64,000 nt of DNA from Okamejei kenojei (lineage: Eukaryota), in contig CM069142.1 of the NCBI GenBank assembly GCA_035221665.1, forward strand, positions 434,001-498,000. Reading direction: 5' to 3'. Both the position numbers and the translations under genes were made by a program. This document shows positions 25,615 to 37,670 of this stretch, piece after piece. Within the stretch, counting starts at the first letter, position 1; each line of letters begins with the position of its first letter. The notes under the pieces were generated by a model that was not told where the DNA came from, searched no databases, and saw only the letters and a program-made list of their open reading frames with translations.

Positions 25615-26084
25615 ACGGCCACAGTAAACTTACCTGTCGGCCCGACTTTTCAATTTGTAGCGGGAGCGCCTTGAACTCCCGTTCGTCGCGGTGCACTGCA
25701 TGAACGCTAATGTCGCGCATGCGTGCTGGACGGGGTTCTTCACGTAGTCACTCACGTGACTCCGAAGTAAAATTGCAGTACCTCTAGCTTTGGAGAGAAA
25801 GGTAGAGTGATATAATTGGCCAATCCAGTTAGCCTTCAGCCTGTTATGCGCTCGATCCTAAGGTGCGTCTCCTGTAAACATATTATATCAGCATTAATCG
25901 ATTTTAAATGGACTAAAACCTTACCCCTTTTAATTGGATCATTAAAACACCTAATATTCCAACTACAAAATGTAATTCCTCCAATTTTCTTCAAAGGAGC
26001 TTGCATTAGAGCTTACATGGTTTCCCTTGTTTCAGATGGGGCAACACAATATTTAAAATCAACCTTTTGGTTACTGAGTGAGCC

Positions 26085-28625
26085 CAATTTCAAAGCCCTG
26101 CAGGTATATCCAGAGAAATAAAGAGGTATAGTTTCTAGTCACGTAAACTCCAAGGTATTTAAATTTTTCAGTGGCAATTCAAAAGGGAAATTTTAGGAGA
26201 TGTGAAGGGTCTTGAGGTTTTATTGGCATAATTTCACTTTTGTTCCAGTTTATTTTGTACCCTGAGAAGGAACCAAATTGTTCTATGAGGCTTAGTATAT
26301 TTGCGATACTGACTTGGGAGTTGGTAATATATAAAAGTACATCGTCTGCATATAATCAAATCTTATTATTAGTATGTTTAGTGAATGCTCGGATGTACTG
26401 TTATACTTTCAGTTAAGGGTTCTTAGCAAGGGAAAATAACATTGGTGATAATGCACAACCTTGTCTATTGCCCCTGAATAATTGGAATTGAGGTGACAAA
26501 GTTTGATTAGTCAGTATTCTGGCAGTCAGATTGTTATATAACAACTTCATCCATGAAATAAAATTTTCTCCTTGTTGGAATTTTTGCAATACTGTGAAGA
26601 GATATTCCCAAACTACTTGGTCAAATGCTTTTTCTGCGTATAAAGAAATAATTGATAAGTCTTCGTTTATCATTCTGTGTGAATACATTATATTAAACAA
26701 ACATCTCAAGTTATTGAACAAATGTCTCTTAGGTACAAACCCAGTTTGGTCAGAGTGTATTAATTTAATGATGTACGTACTTAGTCTTCTTGCCAGAGTT
26801 TTAGCTAATATTTTCTGATCTGTATTTAGAAGAGCTATTGCTCTATATGATCCTGGCGCTTCAAGATCTTTATCTTTTTTGGGTATCAATGTAATAGTTG
26901 ATTCGGCTAAAGTTTGTGTTAACGTCTTTAAATGCGTGTATATAAAGGGCTCGTAAACGTGGGGAAAATAATTAATGACATTTTTTATAGAATTTATTAC
27001 TGAACCCATCTGGGCCTGGCGTTTTGCTATTATTCAGTGATTTAATAGTTTCTTCAATATCTTTTACTGTAATCTCTGCTCCTAATTCTTCTCGTTCCAC
27101 CTCATTGAGTGATGGAAGGTTGCAATTGTCAAGGAAGTTTTTAATCTGTATGGTTTCGACTGAAGTTTTAGATGTGTATACATTTTGATAGAATTCTAAG
27201 AATCTTTCATTGATATCTTTAGGGTGCATAAGCAGCTCACCTTTTTCTGATCTAATTTTTTGGATGGTGTGATCTTTTTACATTTTTCTCAGCTGACATG
27301 CCAGAAGCTTATGCGGTTTATCACCAAATTTGAAGTTTTTTTGCTTAGTATATTGAAATAACTTAATACCTTTTGCGGAGCGAATTTAATTTTGTGTACC
27401 TTCATGACAAATATATGCAAAAATGTTACTTATCCTACTTATCCTTTGCAATATCTTGCTCAAACTTAAATACTTCCTCAGGATCAGTGAAGAAGCGTTC
27501 AGTCCCTTTATATGAGACCCTGAGTTTGGCTAGGTACATTAGGCCGTATCTGAGATCTTGTATGTCTTTCAAGATGACTCTCGACTTGGTGAAGAGTGCT
27601 CTTTTCATAACGACTTTGGCTGGATAGTCTCAGAAGATTTGTATGTTGTCCCATTCAAAAATCAGATATCTTTTGTTTGCCACTTTCTTCATGATGTCTT
27701 CAAGAACTGAGTCATGATGTAGCTTCAAGATAAGCTGTCTTGGTGGAGCTGCAGGTCCTGGTCGGGCTGTCAGAGCTCTATGCGGCCGGTCGAGTTTTGG
27801 TCTCTCATCCAGATTACGTACCTTGTGAAGTAATTGGGCCACAAAATCATGAGTGTCTTTACCATCTTCTTTTCGTACCACCCCGACAATCCTTAAATTT
27901 TGACGTTTAGAACGGCCTTCAAGATCTAGACATTTTTCAGTCATCTTGGCCAATTGCCTAGAAACAGTTTCCAATTCCGTCTTCAGTCTTTGTGCTGTCT
28001 AAGTGTCTCTGTGGCTGCAGATTCCAGTTCTCTGATGGCATCCCTGTGTTTTTTTGAGGTGATAATAATGGGCTCTAACTTGTTGCTGATACCCATTTCA
28101 ACCCTTTTGATTTCTCCCTTCAGGGAGGAATTCACCTCCTCTATACGAACTTGTACCATGTCAATCTTCGCACATATTTCTGATCTTCCAGCAGCAATGT
28201 TCAACTTTACAGCAGTAAGTTGCTCACCCAGTTTTGTGTCTAGCTTTTCGAGCTTTTCAGCTAGTAACTCTGTGATATCTTGCACCAAAGCTTGTCTTAA
28301 TGTTTTCTCTTGTTCTTGTTCCATAGTCAGAGTAGAGACTTCTTCCTCAGAGCCTTGAGAAACTTCCTCACCTTCCGCTTGTAGTTTTTTCCACGTGTTT
28401 TGGGTCTTCTAGGAGGCAGCGTAGGAAGATTCCTTTTCTGGTACTGTCTACTTATTTAAAATACCAGAGTCGGGTTGATTTGTGGTGACATCATTTACAC
28501 GACAGTGGGCATCTGCCGGTTAGCGTTTTCTTCAGTCCGTTTTGTATTTTCGGGTGTTTTGCGTGTTTTGTGGAGCGGAGCTAAGTGGCGCATGTCTCAG
28601 CTCTCCATAGCACCACCAAAAGTCC
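26085..28625 (-). mobile_element. L1 5' UTR + ORF1 fused to an internal ORF2 fragment
   Basis: 5' end GGACTTTTGG at 28625. ORF1 motif DLEGRSKRQNLRIVGV. ORF2 motifs PGPDGF, YRAIALLNTD, DQTGF, EKAFDQV, RQGCALSP. Confidence 0.85.
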
Positions 28626-30800
28626 GTACCTGATAAATTTTCCCTTTCCATTACAAACCTCTGCTCCTGTTGTTTTTACATCTTCAGTAGGTTCAATCAT
28701 AACTCACTCTGTCATCAGCTCATGTGTATTAACTCTATCCCTCTCACTGTGGTTGCTCTGAACTTCATTAGAATGGCTGGGAGTACCTTAACCTATCCCT
28801 GTCCAATCTCGGTCAAGGCTATAATAAAACTCTTCTTTCACATTCTGTTCATTTGATCCATCATTCCAGAACTCTGTGGATGGTGAGGAATGTGAAAGTG
28901 CTGTTTAACTCCTAAGAAAGCATTAAAATTAAGAAACTTATCGCTTCTTTCCCCAATAGTTAATAATCCCTCATTCAAACCATCTATCATTGATAAACGT
29001 TTATTCATTGGGAAAGAATAGGAATTAAAATAATCGGAGATATGTATGAAATGGGAAAACTTCTATCATTTCAACAACTACAACTAAAATATAATCTGAA
29101 AAGTAACCAATATTTCAAATACCTTCAAATTCGAGATTATTTAAAAAAATATATACAAGGATATCAAACTCTAACCTCAGATTTATTAGAGGAAGGAATG
29201 AACAGAAAGGCAGAATCAAACAATTTAATATCATATTTATATAATATAATTTTAAATATAGAAACACCAACAACAGAGGCAATTAGAAGGGACTGGGAAC
29301 AAGAGTTTTTGATAAAAATCCCAAAAGACATTATATTACTCGAAAACCAGATTGAATAAAATATTTCCAAACGTTTCCCCCATTTGTGACAAATGTCTAA
29401 CTCAAAATGCCACAATAGCACATTCCTTTGTCTCCTGTACAAAACTTCATAATTTTTGGAATGAAATCTTCGGAACTTCTACAAACTTATTCAACACAAA
29501 ACTGAACCCCAATACAGAACTGATTATTTTCGGATCAATGGAAGAGGGACGTAAATTAACTACGTTCCAAGAAGCTCTCTTTAATTATGGTTTAATAACA
29601 GCAAAAAAACATTCTTAAATTTTGGAAAAACGCATTTACGCCAACATTTAAAATGTGGATTTCAAATATGTCGGAAACGCTACATCTTGAAGAAATTAGA
29701 TTCCTCCTACTATGCAAGGTAGACCAATTCTTAAAGATTTGGTCTTCTTTTATCGATTTACAAGCACATGGTGCAACATAACATAACCTTAGAAATTAAA
29801 TGGTTCAGAACCAGGTGATGGATGGGTAAATGTATTAAATAGGCATATCTCTCCTAATTTCTTTTCTTTCTATTTTCTCTTTTTTTTTCAATATCTTTAG
29901 TTTGTTATCTCTGCTTTTTGTCTCTCTCATTATTCGTTTCTACTCTCTTGTCTATCTATCTCGACACTCTTTATTTTCCTCTTTCTATCACTGCTCTTTT
30001 ATTATTAAATTAAAAATAAGAAGTTGTACAAGAATGGTAACGTGTATGTATGTATCAGGTACTTAGGTACCACATTACTGTACTTACTTCTAACAAAAAA
30101 AAAAATCTAAATAAATAAATAAATAAATAAATTCCTAACAAAGCACAAGCCTCCTTCATTACCTTCTCTGTGAAACCTGTTCCCTGATCAGAGTCTATCT
30201 GAAGAGGGCCCCAGCCATATAGGTAGTACTTCTTCAGCCAGAATTCATGCCACAGTTCCAGTGGTACAATCCCACCATAGGAATGCCTCCACTCTGTGGG
30301 TAAAGTGATCATTAAAACCAAACAATACCTTTTATTTTGCAACTGAGGCCAGTGAAAGCCATCTGTATATGTTTACATGGTCTCCTTGGCCGGGGTTGAT
30401 TTTCAATCGTATTTTCATTTCCTGGCTCACATTGTGCACAAGTTATGCACAGTTGACAATAAACAGCTAAATCTCTGCATATCCCCTTCCATCACCAACA
30501 GTGATTAATCTGACTGTGCATCCTATCTCTTCCTCTATGCGCTAGCCCATGGTAAACCTTGAACAAACTGGAGTTATGATTTTTCCCATTCTCCTGCCAT
30601 ACTCCGTTGCAATTCTGAACTCCCACTTTTTTTCCCCACTATGCCCTTACTTCCCCTATGGTAGATTCCTGGATGATCTTTATATTCTCTGACACATTGG
30701 TTGATTTACTTATGGCCAGACGTGTATCCTCTGTCTATTCATCCATTAATGCTCTAACTGCTTTCTCTGCCGAATCATTTCCTTTCTGAGGTCCGCTTGT
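28626..30800 (-). mobile_element. Endogenous retrovirus pol fragment (RNase H end + integrase), class I/epsilon-like, split by an L1 insertion
   Basis: KGNDSAEKA, HHCC-like YHGLAH...CITC, WGPLQIDSDQGTGFT...ACALLG|VKQHFHIPHHPQSSG. Confidence 0.8.
28916..30131 (+). mobile_element. L1 3' fragment with (AAAT)n tail
   Basis: LLSFQQLQLKY...YLQIRDYL and CDKC...HSFVSC. Flanked by AACTCCTAA/AATTCCTAA. Confidence 0.88.
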
Positions 30801-30909
30801 AAAATACGTTGTTTGTTAAACTTTGGGAGACTTGCCTGCTGAACACAGTGACCAAGAGCAGCTGTAATGCAAGATTGCAACAGATAAGAACCTAATCAGA
30901 ACTATACTA

Positions 30910-31000
30910 TCATCCATCTATCCATCCATCCATCTATCCGTCCGTCCATCTATCCATCCATCTATCCGTCTGTCTGTCCGTCTGTCCGTCTGTCTGTCTG
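30910..31000. repeat. (ATCC)n/(GTCT)n compound microsatellite
   Basis: Seen directly in the sequence. Confidence 0.9.
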
Positions 31001-31380
31001 CCCTCTTTATTTGTTTGCCCAGTTTGTTTGCCTGGTTTGTTTGTACCTATATTTGCGCAAAAAAGGTACAAGATAGCGCCAGTTTTTGGCCCACCTTACT
31101 CAACATTGTCCTGTGATAGCAATTAAACAAGTTTCGTTCAGATTGATGGTATATTTTACAAGTTATTGACATTTTAAACTTTAAAAACCCTTAAAAAAAA
31201 CTATTTTCCCCTTGCCCTGCCCATTGGGCCCCATTTCCCCGAGATATTCCACCATTCTCCCACTCCCCCAATGCAAACCGTTCCCCCAATGCAATATTCT
31301 AGCACTCATTACATTAAAAAATCGTTTTTTAAAAGATTCACAATTTTCATTGTGGGGGGTGGTATAGGGGGGGAAATTTC

Positions 31381-34300
31381 ATTTTATTTCAAAGTCACGT
31401 GAGTGACTACGTGAAGAGCCCGCCAGCCCGCATGCGCGTCAATAGGTCGACGCATGGCGCGGGAATCGGAGCAGTTCGAAACTGCTCTAATTTTGAATAT
31501 TTTGTATTCTATTCTATCTATTCTATATGGAATAATTTTGTAAGTCAATATTGGTTTCTGGAACGGGCCGCTGAGTTGCAGCGGGCCCGGAGTAGCTGAC
31601 GGGCGCAGCCTGTGCAGCTGCCACCGTTGGAGCTCCGAACGGGAGCAGGCAGCCGGATTTGGCGAGGCTGCCGCGGAGGCACCGTAAGGAGCTGGTGGGA
31701 TGGAAAATTGCGGTCGCCGGCGCGGCCAGGTCAGCGACCGCTGCGAAGGCTCAGCAGCAGCTGGCGGTTTTTAAAATAAGACGCGGCCAGGACAGCGACC
31801 GCCATGGAAGCTCAGCTGCCGGGTCAGCATACGCTGTGGAGGTTCCGCAGCAGCTGGCATTTTAAAAATAGCTGCGTGAAAAATAACGGCTGAGGTCGGT
31901 TCAGCATACGCTGTAGAGAAGCAACCACTGGCGGCTATCAATAGAGCTGGTGGATTATAATAGCGGGAGCTACCGGCTCTTGTCACGTATTTGCTATCCC
32001 TTTGGAGTTTGGAGATTCACTGGAGAAAGATCTGGCTAAAAGTATCCGGGGACATATGCTAGTCTCATAAACTGCCAGACATTTTGGATGTTCCATACGT
32101 CAATTCTATCTGTTGAGATATCCCAGTGATTATATGTAGGCAAAGAATTATGTTAGCAAGTCCAATATCCGCTCTGGGGTCATTACGGATTTTGCAAGTC
32201 AAAAGATGGGTTTCATCTCTCAGAAGTGGCGAAAGCTCTATTAACACTTCTCTGTAATACATTGTTTGGGCTGTTGCCTTCGCAAAATGTGAGAAGGCAT
32301 AAGTTAATTCCCAAAATGGCTCATTTTTTACAGGGCCAGTAATGTGTAGCCTGCAGAGTATCGCTTCAGAGAGGACTTATGTAGCAAGTGAAGACTTGCA
32401 GGGGTTAGGCAGCTGCAGGGGTGGAGTACCATCCTATGCGGGTAAGCTCCAGTATTCAGGCGGGTTTTCTCCCTGTAGTCATAGGAGCAGGAAGTGCCGT
32501 TGAAGCCCTGGAAAGGGGCAGTCGGGAGTCACTAGCTGGCCTCGCAAGAACAGCTTGTTGAACCAAGCTTGCAGTATGGCAGCCGTGACCTGTCGAGAGA
32601 GCCGCTGATGCTCTGTAGGATCTAGGCTGGGAGAAGCTGGCAGCCCGATCTGCACAGTCAACTCCAGCAAAGGCTCCAATAAAGGCAGAAGGCCGAAGAA
32701 GTTGCCTTTCGAGGCAGGCTCGGAATTGTGGCAGGAGTTGCCTTTCGAAGCAGGCTTGGAATTATGGCAGGCGTGGCCTGTTCAGTGAGCTCCGCTAAGT
32801 GTCCCCGATGGAGCAGTAGGAGTCGAAGGAGCAGCGTCTCAAACTAGGCTGGGAATACCTGGTAGCGTGACCTGCACTGTGAAGCTCCAGCAAGGCTCTA
32901 GAGAGGCTGTAGGCGAAGAAGTAATCGCCCTTGAGCTCCGGAAACGAGCTGTTTGGCAAACGTGGGGCTGACGATGTGGTCAGATGGGTCTGCAATGGAA
33001 CTTCGCTGGAGCTCTAACAAGCAGGTTGACCTGGGCTCAGAAACGCTGGCAGGTAAGGTCTCTTTATTACTCACCGTAAACTCCGAAATGGAGCAGTCTG
33101 TTGCCCAGGTCTGGATTCACTGGCAGCATGGGCTGTCTAGTACTCTTCACTGTCTCTGGAGAGATCAGGTTGATGCAGAGACATTGGTAGGGTGCCTTGC
33201 ATGGCAACTCCGGTAAGCTCTACGTTGGAACTGGCTGGTCATATGGATCATATTGACCAGGGAAGCTCTGCCTCAACATCTGTGATTGAGGTCATCAAGC
33301 TGCTCAGTAGTTTGAGGTTTCCCTCAACACATGTTAAGAGGGGATCTTATAGAAACTTACAAAAATTCTTAAGGGGTTGGACAGGCTAGATGCAGGAAGA
33401 TTGTTCCCGATGTTGGGGAAGTCCAGGACAAGGGGTCACAGCTTAAGGATAAGGGGGAAATCCTTTAAGACCGAGATGAGAAAGACTTTCTTCACACAGA
33501 GAGTGGTGAGTCTCTGGAACTCTCTGCCACAGAGGGTAGTTGAGGCCAGTTCATTGGCTATATTTAAGAGTGAGTTGGATGTGGCCCTTGTGGCTAAGGG
33601 GATCAGAGGGTATGGAGAGAAGGCAGGTACGGGATACTGAGTTGGATGATCAGCCATGATCATATTGAATGGCGGTGCAGGCTCGAAGGGCTGAAATGGC
33701 CTACTCCTGCACCTAATTTCTATGTTTCTATGTTTCTATGTTTAATTCTTTCAGCTCAGTTAGTAGAGTTGCCAGTTCAATGGAAACTTCATTGCCATCC
33801 TCTCTAGGATAGGTAGCTACCAGCAGAAAGCCGGTCTGGCATGTAGCATTCTTCATCTGACCTGCAGGATCATGTTGTGAATAAAAAATATATATACAAT
33901 AATCTGTAGGCTCCCAATAGCAGTATTCTGGATTGAGTGGCTGGTCGAAGACATAGTGTTGCACACACTGGCAACTGAGAGGTGGTTTCAATCAGAGGAC
34001 TACGGAGCAACTCCTGGTTCAGGGTTGCATTATGCTATTTTCCATTCTGGGGAAGAAGGCTGAGGTTTCGTGGTGACTCTGACAGTCAAGAGTTGACAGG
34101 GAACGTGTATTCCCATATCAACTGGATGTTGAGTTACAGCTCTAGTCATCAAGGTCTGATTATCTGTTATGAGCAAAATAAATAAATAAATAATTAGATA
34201 AATACATCTTCTACGGCAAGAGAAGCCAAAAGTTTCCACCGTATGGTCAATAAACGGAATGATGGTTATCAAAATGGATGCAGAGACGTCTAGTCTGCCC

Positions 34301-34690
34301 AAGAACAAGAGGGGTATATTTCTGATATTTCTCAAGGTTGTAGCAAAGTGGAGAATGCCAAATCTGATCCAAAGTTGAAGTGAGGTTTCGTGCCCTCCAC
34401 ACCCAACCCTGATTCTCATAAAGATCATCTGGTAGGTCTAGGCTCGTTAATCTTTCTATAGTTTAAGTTCTGCAACTGGTCTGTGGTTTCATACAGTTGC
34501 TCTGGAGATTGACGTGCATCCGGGCTGGCGGGCTCTTCATGTATTCCCTCACTTCAACTTCTCATAAAATAAAGATCAAACTTCAAACGGTAAGTTCTCG
34601 TTTAATCTTTCTATTTTATTTCGAACTCACGTGAGTGACTACGTGAAGCCTTCAAAGCTATGTGGTTTCATGCAGTAACCCAGTTTCATT
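31381..34690 (+). mobile_element. Non-autonomous or degenerate DIRS-family element
   Basis: Starts ATTTTATTTCAAAGTCACGTGAGTGACTACGTGAAG. 36-bp ITRs at 31408-31443 and 34508-34543 with 3 mismatches. The 3' terminus is homologous to that of the 20927-25773 element. No recognisable intact ORFs. Confidence 0.85.
33335..33742 (+). mobile_element. CR1 (family A) 3' fragment
   Basis: Translates identically to the C-terminus of the 7183-9935 CR1 (DRLDAGRLFPMLGKSRTRGH...); (TTTCTATG)n tail. Confidence 0.93.
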
Positions 34691-35080
34691 GTGGGCAGTT
34701 GGATAAGGGGGAGACGAAAAAAACCCTTTAAAAGAAAAACATTGCGATTTTCATTGTGGGGGGCTGGGATAGGGGGGGAGGTTTTATTTGAAAAAAACGA
34801 TTTTCATTGTGGTGGGGGCGGGATAGGGAGGAGGTGAGGAGTGATGGGGAGGTGATGGGGTGAGCTTTCATTGAGGGGGAGGGATGGGGGTGTGATTTTC
34901 ATTGAGGGGGAGGGATGGGGCGAGCTTTCCATTTACATAAACAATCGTGGGAAAAAAACCTTTAAAAAATATCATGATTTTCATTGTGGGGGGGGTGGGA
35001 TAGGGGGAGGTTTTATTTGAAAAAACGATTTTCACTGTGGTGGGGGTGGGATAGGGGGGAGGTGAGGAGTGGGGGAGCAG
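34684..35080. repeat. G-rich degenerate tandem repeat (TTTTCATTGTGGGGG...GGATAGGGGG)
   Basis: Several copies; one further unit lies at 31343-31380, on the other side of the DIRS-like insertion. Confidence 0.7.
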
Positions 35081-35299
35081 GGGGATGGAGAGAGAGGAGG
35101 AGGTTAGGGAGGGGAGAGGGGTTATGGAGGAGCGAGGGAGTGACTGGGGGTAGGGGAAAGGAGAGGGGCGACGGAGAGGGGATGAGGAGACGAGAAAGAG
35201 ATGTACAATAGAATGTAGACACAAAATGCTGGAGTAACTCAGCAGGACAGGCAGCATCTGTGGAGAGAAGGAATGGGTGACGTTTCCAGTTGAGATCGA

Positions 35300-37670
35300 C
35301 CTGCTGAAATTAGCACTTCCCCACAAAATGAAGGAAAATGTTTCCCTTTCTTCTATTAGACAGTATAACCTACCCCCAGAGGCAATTGAGAGCATCAGGC
35401 CCATTGTAGAAGCCCTGAGGCAGAAAAAATAAATGGGCGGTTTGTACAAGATCTAAGGGCTATTAATCGAATATTGGTCACTGTCTCCCACATAGATCCA
35501 GCCACCAATGTGATCCTCTCCTCCCCCACATCCAATTCAGAATGTTATACAATGGTTGACCTTCTTCTCTATCCTGTTACAAGTCAAGTCAACTTTATTT
35601 GTCACATACACATACAAGATGTGCAGTGAGATGAAAGTGGCAATGCCTGTGGATTGTGCATAAACTACAGAACAGAAGAGAACAGAATCAGTATTTACAT
35701 GCTAGAATTTTTTTTTAAAGACACAACACAACAGTAAATTAGTACTTGGTGAGATCAGAGTTTACAGTCCTGAGGGCCTGTGGGCAGAAACTCCGTCTCA
35801 TCCTCTCTGTTTTCACAGTGTGACAGCGGAGGCGTTTGCCTGACCATAGCAGCTGGAACAGTCCGTTGCTGGGGTGGTTGGGGACCCCCATAATGTTGCT
35901 GGCTCTGGATCTGCACCTCCTGGTGTATAGGTCTTGCAGGGGGGCGAGTGTAGTTCCCATAATGCGTTCAGCTGAACGCACTACTCTCTGCAGGGCCTTC
36001 CTGTCCTGGGCAGAGCTATTCCCAAACCAGATTATGTTACAGGACAAGATGCTTTCTACAGCCCCAGTGTGGGAGTTGGATGTATGTCTCCCCATCTTGA
36101 CCACCTGGGGCCTGGCGGTGAGAAGGTCCAGAACCCAGACACAGCAGCTTCTTAGCAAGTCTGGTGGGTCTATGATATTGAAAGCTGAACTGAAGTCATT
36201 GAACAGCGTCCTCACATAGCCCCCCTTCTGGCTGTCAAGGTGAGAGGGAGCAGTGTGCAGAACCTGGAGATCGCATCATCCGTGGATCTGTTCGGATGGT
36301 ATGCAAACTGCAGCGGGTCCATGTTGCGAGGGGGGACGGCACATATGTGGTTCATGATCAGCCTCTCAAAGCATTTCATGACCATGGAGGTGAGGGCCAC
36401 CGGTCGGTAATCATTCAAGCAAGCTGGAGAGGCATTCTTTGGCACCAGGATAGTCAGTAATATACAGTGGCAGACAGTATATGTGGACTAGGTTGCCCCA
36501 GGGTTACACCAAAAGCCCCGCCATGTATGCAACCACGGTGAGGAATAATCTTAGTGAGTTACAGTTGCCTGGGAACAGCCGTAGCATGTTGATGACCTTG
36601 TTGTGCCCTCACCTACTCAATGGGACTGTGAATGGGACACTCTTGCCTTACTATGCTATCTAGATCAGAAAGGACCTAAGGTATCAGTCGCAACACTGTA
36701 GTTGTGCCAACCGATGTGCAATACTGGGACATGTCTTGTTTAAAGGGACCTCGCCGCTTAGGCCCAGGTCAGCTTGCGACTATTTCTGACGCCGCGCCGC
36801 CCCAGACAAAAGCGACGATGCTCTCCTTTTTTGGGCTTGGCCAACTACTGCAGGCATAAGATCCCTGTGTATTGAGATATGGACACGCCTTGGACTGGCA
36901 GCTGGACCAAATGTGCCCAAGTAACATCGAGTGGTCGACACAAATAAAGGAGGCCTTCCATAAGCTAAAAGAGGCTCTGGGGAATGCACCAGTGCTGGGC
37001 ATTCCTCACTATGGACAACTCTTTTGTCTTGTTGTGAACAAAAACAAGATTTTGCCAGCGCCGGACTGACTCAGTAACCACAGGAGTCTCATGAAGCCTG
37101 TTTCGCGTATCATTCCGTGCAGCCACTACCTGTTGTAACGGGCAGGCCTGATGTTTTTTTTTTTTTTTACGTGCTGTCATCACCACTGCGATTACGGTTG
37201 GAGAAATCCGCCCTCTAGTGTTAGATCAACCCTTGCACTTGTTTTGGTCCCCCATGCAGTAACTCTGCTTCCACATTCTGCAGCTACCCAATTTACTGAC
37301 GCTAGAAGAGTCGGCTAGGAGGTCTTATTATCCAAACCTAGTTTAACCTTCCAACGAGCCCTGGCTCTTAAACCCCATCAAAGGGGTGCCCGTGATGGGC
37401 AATGTAGGTCAGCCACATGATTGTGTGCAGGTCATGGAGATGGTCACATCCCCCAGACCCGACCTGCAGAGTTGGTCTGTTGACAATGCAGATATGGTCC
37501 TATTCACCGATGGGTCCTCCAACCCCCCAAACCGCCCATCTGACGATGCATCTGTGCAGATATGTTAGTTGTCACCACCCCTTTTGAGACTCGAGAGGCT
37601 TTTTTCTTGCCCTATAGAACCGCTGCCCAGGTAGCCAAACTTTTTGCCTTGGCATGTGCCTGGTGGGGGG
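35300..37670 (+). mobile_element. Endogenous retrovirus pol fragment (RT + RNase H start), class I/epsilon-like, degenerate
   Basis: [79 protein letters not shown]. Confidence 0.82.
35581..36450 (-). mobile_element. Rex1/Babar fragment inserted in ERV RT
   Basis: [20 protein letters not shown]...DPLQFAY, DFSSAFN, WFGNSSAQDRKALQRVV; (TTGAC)n tail. Confidence 0.88.

Larger units (their letters stand above)
20927..25773 (-). mobile_element. Full-length DIRS1-type tyrosine-recombinase retrotransposon
   Basis: AAT (ATT on the element strand) at both junctions, and the host L1 reading GTAI|IIRKG is restored on removal. ITRs at ~21000-21036 and 25709-25745. Internal complementary region at ~21155-21265. 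gag, RT/RNaseH/methyltransferase and YR ORFs are present. Confidence 0.97.
14340..25990 (-). mobile_element. L1 ORF2 plus 3' UTR, degenerate, interrupted by two CR1 copies and a DIRS element
   Basis: APE N-terminus FCSWNIR...LQETH (~25870-25980), NIYAPN, SDHSPL, YRAIALLNTDQK, DQTGF, RGNRQRCALSP, FSGYRIN, FKYLG. T-rich 3' end at ~14340. Confidence 0.88.

Noticed and set aside
30900-31380. Possible non-autonomous Helitron around the microsatellite
   Set aside because: Diagnostic termini and hairpin could not be identified convincingly.
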